Source: Sporopachydermia quercuum (taxonomy: Eukaryota). From it: DNA of 64,000 bases. The notes under the pieces are model-generated. The model was not told the origin of the DNA and did not search any database. It saw only the letters and a list, made by a program, of their open reading frames with translations. Shown here in pieces: positions 59,004-64,000 of this stretch. The position numbers and the translations under genes were made by a program. Each line of letters starts with the position of its first letter. The stretch's first letter is position 1. The stretch spans positions 310,001 through 374,000 of the forward strand of contig BCGN01000008.1 in assembly GCA_001599295.1 (NCBI GenBank), written 5' to 3'.

Positions 59004-61291
59004 TTTGATTCTTTAAAAGGAAGCTAATGTAAAATAATACCAAAAAAAAGGTGAACCTAACTACCTTCTCAAAATTGTGAACGGCCTGCAGCAACCTGAA
59101 GTTCAGTGATGAGTCTCAGTTATACTAGATAGGAACAATGAGAGAGCTGGTGAGCTAGATAATGTGAATGTAGTAAGAGTGGTAGCATCAGCGTTTCAAA
59201 TCTCCATATTAGATTAGAGTGCATTGGTGCTAAATGACAAGTATAATTATTGTCAACTAGTACTATAGAAGCCACCATTCGTAATTGTATCCCTTATTTT
59301 GTTCCGATTTTAATCTTTTTTTATCAGCAGTATGTAAAAAGAGCAAAAGGCAATACAGATGCAAGAAGCGTTACCTAATCCTATTTCTTCTTTTTTTCTT
59401 GGATTAGCCTCAGTGCAAGATCACGTGGCAGGCATAGTTTCTCTTCTTTGCCTTCTGTCTTTTACTTTTTATTTTTTTTAATTTTAACCAGATCAATGGA
59501 ATACTACAATATCTTAGTCCAAATTTAAAACTGTGCACTGTATAGTGGTTGAATTTATATATTTATTCACCATGTAAACTGCTAGAATTGAGGGGAGCAC
59601 TGAATTAATAGTTTGTGCTGATTGAGTAAAGGTGATCATCGTTGATCAGTGTATCAAATAAATAATACGTAATCTTAAAATAAGTAACCTAGTTTCATGA
59701 TATTTGAAAGAAGATTGAATAATAAGGTGATAATTATGGAAAGAAGTCCTAATAAGAAGAAATAAGGTAACTTCTTGTTTAACAAAGTTAATAAGATGGA
59801 ATAGTCCTACAGTAATGCCAGGACCGAGTATGTTGTAGTACCTGTGCATTGTACTATTTTCCTATCTACTGGCTTTCTTATCTCATCGAGTGCCAATTCT
59901 TCCTATCTTTGCATATCTGACATTTTCGTAACATATCTTAAGTCATGACATGAAGCTTATTAAATGTTGAACTTGTTTGGGACACTACAGATCTTAATCG
60001 TGGGGACCAAAATTGCTACGTTATGTCAGTAACTTTAAATGATGATGAACTAGGGAGTTGGAGAAGCAAAACAGTGGAACACATTCAGATGCAATTTTCA
60101 GTGAAATGGTCTTGAATAACGTTTCAAACAAAAATTCTCGTAATTTCCCCTTAGATATGGAAGGTATATCTACTCATAATTGATCCACAATTTCGAAGCT
60201 TCTTTTGCTCAAAATTTCAATTATCTCTAAGTTCGAGATTCCATTTCTTCTTTTAGCAATTGAACTTGGATTTTGAACGGCTTTTTTCTCATCTCTCGAG
60301 AGGTTCACAGAATATATCTTAGGAAAGCAAAATATCTTCAGTCAGATGTTTGATTCCAACACAGTGCTCTTGATTTCTGACGTAGCAATATTGTTGAGTT
60401 ATTGAGTATATATTCAGGATGTATTATTACATTAGTTCTCAAACTAATGTAGTGTTCAGAAAGTAATTCTCGCCAAGTACAGTATTTCATTTGACTCTGA
60501 CGTAATTATACATATACATGCATTACTACTTTCACTTCCAATTCTGGGTTTTTAGCCCTACAATGCCATTTTTGCATACAAAAACTGGGTAGGCGCGCCA
60601 TATGGGACTCGTTGCATTATTTTCTTCTAGTGAGAAAGAAACCTATAGCAATTCATGGATCAGTTAAATAACTGATCGAATACCAGAATTGGTATTATTA
60701 TTGAAAAATAGAGTCTCATATTTGTCTTGTAGGGTATCTTATGTACAGAATCAAAAGGAAAAGTAACTCTCCATGATGAGTTCACATTATTTTGGTTTGA
60801 TACTGATATTGTAGTGAATGAGCTGTTGATAGGACGTATCAAAAGTCAGTCAGCTGGCTATTCTAGCTATGCCTAGGTGACATAAATAATATTAGAATAA
60901 TTTGTAAAATTAGCTATACAGGGGGAAAATGAATAAACTATTTAAACTATTGTGAAAATCGAGAACGGACAAAACTAAGTAAATGCATAATGTCAGGAGA
61001 AAGAAAGTCTTTTATCGTATTAGGAAACAGTTGAATCAAATACGTAACCATCTTATAGAGTATGATTAGTTAGAAAGTCAAATGCTTGGGCCTGAAGTAT
61101 AGTTACTATAAGTATAAATGCAAGGGAATCTCCACCCTTCCTTCTTTCTTTTAGAAATTTGAATTCTCGAAAAATTGGATGTAGGAATAATTTCATAGAA
61201 CATCATCTTCATTAATAGCATATAGGTAGCTTCATAAAGTAGGTAGAATATACGTACAGACAACAATCAATTATTATAATTATCAAACACA

Positions 61292-62131
61292 ATGTCTGAA
61301 GAATTAAAGACCATTACCACCGGATTAGGTCCACTCCCAACTAAAGGACCAGCAGGGGCCAACAGTGTGTTGGATCTATTTTCATTGAAAGGTAAAGTGG
61401 CATCAGTTACTGGATCATCAACAGGTATTGGCCTCGGTGTTGCTGAAGCATTTGCTCAAGCTGGTGCTGATGTTGCTATTTGGTATTCACACACTCCTTC
61501 AGACAAGACTGCTGCTGCAATTGCTGAAAAGTATGGCGTTAAATGCAAGGCCTACAAATGTCAAATAACAATCGCTGATGAAGTTGAAGCTACCATCAAG
61601 CAAATCAAGGAAGATTTTGGTCGTATTGATATCTTCGTTGCTAACGCTGGCGTGCCATGGACTGCAGGTCCTATGATCGACACTACAGATGATAAAGAAT
61701 GGCACAAGGTTATTGACCTTGATTTTACTGGTGCATATTATTGCGCTAAACATGTTGGTAGAATCTTTAAGGAGCAAGGAAGTGGTTCCTTGATCTTTAC
61801 TGCTTCAATGTCTGGTCACATTGTTAACGTTCCTCAACTTCAGGCTGCTTACAATGCTGCTAAAGCTGGTATCATTCATTTTGCTAGATCTTTAGCTGTC
61901 GAGTGGGCTGGTTTTGCCAGAGTTAATACCATTTCTCCTGGTTATATCAAAACTGAAATTTCAAATTTCGTTCCTGACGAAATTAAGAGTAAGTGGTGGA
62001 CTTTGACTCCTATTGGTAGAGAAGGCGAAGTTCAAGAATTAGTTGGTGCTTACCTTTACTTGGCTTCTGATGCTTCTACCTACACTACAGGTGCTGATTT
62101 CCGTGTTGATGGTGGTTATGCTTGCCCATGA
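61292..62131 (+). CDS. NADPH-dependent short-chain carbonyl/sorbose reductase (SOU1/SOU2-like)
   Basis: [22 protein letters not shown] catalytic motif and VDGGY. Confidence 0.9.
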   Translation: MSEELKTITTGLGPLPTKGPAGANSVLDLFSLKGKVASVTGSSTGIGLGVAEAFAQAGADVAIWYSHTPSDKTAAAIAEKYGVKCKAYKCQITIADEVEATIKQIKEDFGRIDIFVANAGVPWTAGPMIDTTDDKEWHKVIDLDFTGAYYCAKHVGRIFKEQGSGSLIFTASMSGHIVNVPQLQAAYNAAKAGIIHFARSLAVEWAGFARVNTISPGYIKTEISNFVPDEIKSKWWTLTPIGREGEVQELVGAYLYLASDASTYTTGADFRVDGGYACP

Positions 62132-62632
62132 TTATGGTAATGACGATTATTGAATTATTTACGAGTTACATATAAAATAGAGTTTTCTTGTCTATATCAT
62201 TTATTCTTTAATTTGTATGTCTCCTGGCCTGAAATAACCTGTATTTGTAAAAATACTGAAGGGTTATTGGAGCAATTGTAGTCGTGATTGCAACGAGCGA
62301 TCTTGTAAGAGACAGATTTGGTTTCAGGCACAAGATTAATTTGTCAGAGTTTGAACCTTGTTTGTGGACAAGGTTGAGTGACTTAGTAGGATGATGTAGT
62401 CGTCCGAATGATTTGCCCAATGTCATTTTTATGATTACGTTATATTAATTAAATCTCCAGACATCAATCTGCACATAAATGCGTTAGCGACGATATTCTA
62501 AACTCTAATACTTTCATCTAATAAAAAAATTTACTCTGTGAAGACAGCTTTTCTACTCAAGAGTGTTGACGATTAATTGATGATAAACCCAGTATTGGTA
62601 ATTAGAATCCAAGTGAAATCAAATTTAATAGA

Positions 62633-63214
62633 ATGCCGGGCAGTCGAATGGAATGCGAAACAGGAAAAAAGCAACTGGCCCACGAGTCAGACTCAGATGA
62701 TGCACCAGTCGAGGAGACATTTGCCATTTCAGCGAAGAGAATAAAGCAGAAACAGAAAAGTGCTGAGAATTTGATTGCTGAAACGAGAAGACAAACAAAG
62801 GAACAAAGAAGGAAACAAGATGAACAATTGAAAAAACAGAGAGCTATTGCAAATGAAAATATAGAGAAAGCCTCTTTTTCAAGCCACAATCTCGCATCAC
62901 GATCCCCACTAGAGTCAGACTCGGAATCAGAGGAAGAATCAGTACTTCCTCAATCGTTATTAGATTCAGCAGCTATCAATTTAAATCAAGGGAAGTCTCA
63001 AAAGATAAAATTTGACGAAGGGAAGTTTCAAGAAAACAATAATATAAATATAGAACCAGTTCAAAGAATAACGAAGAAGAAACTGTCAATAAGGAAAGGT
63101 CCTGTGAGGGTAACAGTTCTTCCTCTTAATAACAAAACATTACCCCCAAAGGCTGAAAAAAAGGTAGTTGCTAGAAAGGAAAAATGGCTAAGGAGAAAAT
63201 CTATAGGTAAATAA
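62633..63214 (+). CDS. BUD21: U3 snoRNP-associated protein Bud21/Utp16
   Basis: SDDAPVEE, LPQSLL, RKGPVRVTVL..LPPK and KEKWLRR. The exact start codon is uncertain. Confidence 0.75.
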   Translation: MPGSRMECETGKKQLAHESDSDDAPVEETFAISAKRIKQKQKSAENLIAETRRQTKEQRRKQDEQLKKQRAIANENIEKASFSSHNLASRSPLESDSESEEESVLPQSLLDSAAINLNQGKSQKIKFDEGKFQENNNINIEPVQRITKKKLSIRKGPVRVTVLPLNNKTLPPKAEKKVVARKEKWLRRKSIGK

Positions 63215-63555
63215 TAGTATAAAAACATTAGTATAATAATAAATGTATTCTACAATTATTTAATATTCTATACGTATGTCATTGGTTCCCGTTTGATCGA
63301 TAACGAATGAGTTGTGAAACTCATCGTGTATTGGCTACCACAGGGAATGTTGGTTGCTTTTTACTTCTTTTTTAACAATCTTTCAACTAAGGAGTAATCG
63401 GTCTTCCTGTATTTATGAAGACCTTTTCCTATTTCTAGTAATTCCAACAATAGAATATATTCTTCAATTGTGAAATCTCCTTTTTCATTTTATGAAATCC
63501 AGCTTGCATTCTATCTAGTTTCTAACTTACGTGCATCGTATGATAACCCGATGAC

Positions 63556-63933
63556 ATGATGGAGATTCTATACTCTGCAGATATCAACAAAAAGAACAAA
63601 ACCTGGCACGATGGGAAAATCATTATCAGTAATGGGAAAGCAGTTATTAAGACAACTATTAACGAATCGCTAACAAATTTCATAACAACGACTAAATTGA
63701 AAGAACTAGAAAGCTACCAAGAAGTGAGAATCGGTTCACTATTGGTAATATTAGTTGAACATGAGTCTATATCGACAGAGGGTGAAGATAAAGGGAAGCT
63801 AGGATGGAACAAATCAGCCATCACTGAAAGGCCAAGATATCGAAAACCAAGAATAAGGATAACTGCTAGAATTCCTCTGAGAAAGTTTAAGGAAAGAATA
63901 ATGTTGTGTTTAGCATCATTAGATGCTTCATGA
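63556..63933 (+). CDS. DUF2439 (Mte1/Dbl2/ZGRF1 N-terminal) domain protein, possibly partial
   Basis: LYSADINKKNKTWHDGKI matches the LYT..KK.K.WHDG signature. Confidence 0.6.
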   Translation: MMEILYSADINKKNKTWHDGKIIISNGKAVIKTTINESLTNFITTTKLKELESYQEVRIGSLLVILVEHESISTEGEDKGKLGWNKSAITERPRYRKPRIRITARIPLRKFKERIMLCLASLDAS

Positions 63934-64000
63934 ATGGGAGAGTTTAGCTTTATGATAATTGGATTTCGCTAGAAATGTTGATAATCGGAATATCACGACG

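Noticed and set aside
2127..62889. Many 60-125 aa antisense or overlapping ORFs in the track (e.g. 6987-7361, 36088-36462, 42654-43022, 57401-57745)
   Set aside because: They are shadows of real genes on the other strand or frame, with no recognisable domains.
1..64000. tRNA, rRNA, CRISPR arrays, LTR/transposase or horizontally acquired bacterial genes
   Set aside because: No cloverleaf/B-box context, repeat-spacer array, RT/integrase/DDE motif or bacterial-type gene was recognised.

Overview
This is AT-rich eukaryotic DNA from an intron-rich budding yeast (Saccharomycotina). It uses the standard code: CTG occurs at conserved Leu positions. I count about 26 protein-coding genes, 12 of which I reconstructed by hand as spliced genes with 21 coding-region introns that the ORF track misses. 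Positions 15-64 kb hold mostly conserved housekeeping genes: GDB1, USB1, MLC2, RPO26, ERT1/acuK, MLC1, OPA3-like, ELP5, BUB1 (MadBub type), TFG1, HGH1, YPP1, EMC6, a mitochondrial carrier, PEX39, a USV1-like C2H2 factor, SMT3, a GIN4-like kinase, TVP38, a SOU-type SDR, BUD21 and a DUF2439 protein. Several neighbours match S. cerevisiae gene order. The first ~14 kb looks accessory, with long spacers and no coding introns. It carries an MFS transporter, an uncharacterised Fe(II)/2-oxoglutarate-type oxygenase, a Zn2Cys6 regulator and a divergently transcribed Aro10-like ThDP 2-oxoacid decarboxylase. This is the best candidate here for an undescribed catabolic cluster; its substrate is unknown. 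I recognised no tRNA, rRNA, CRISPR array or intact mobile element. All calls come from reading motifs by eye, with no database searches.
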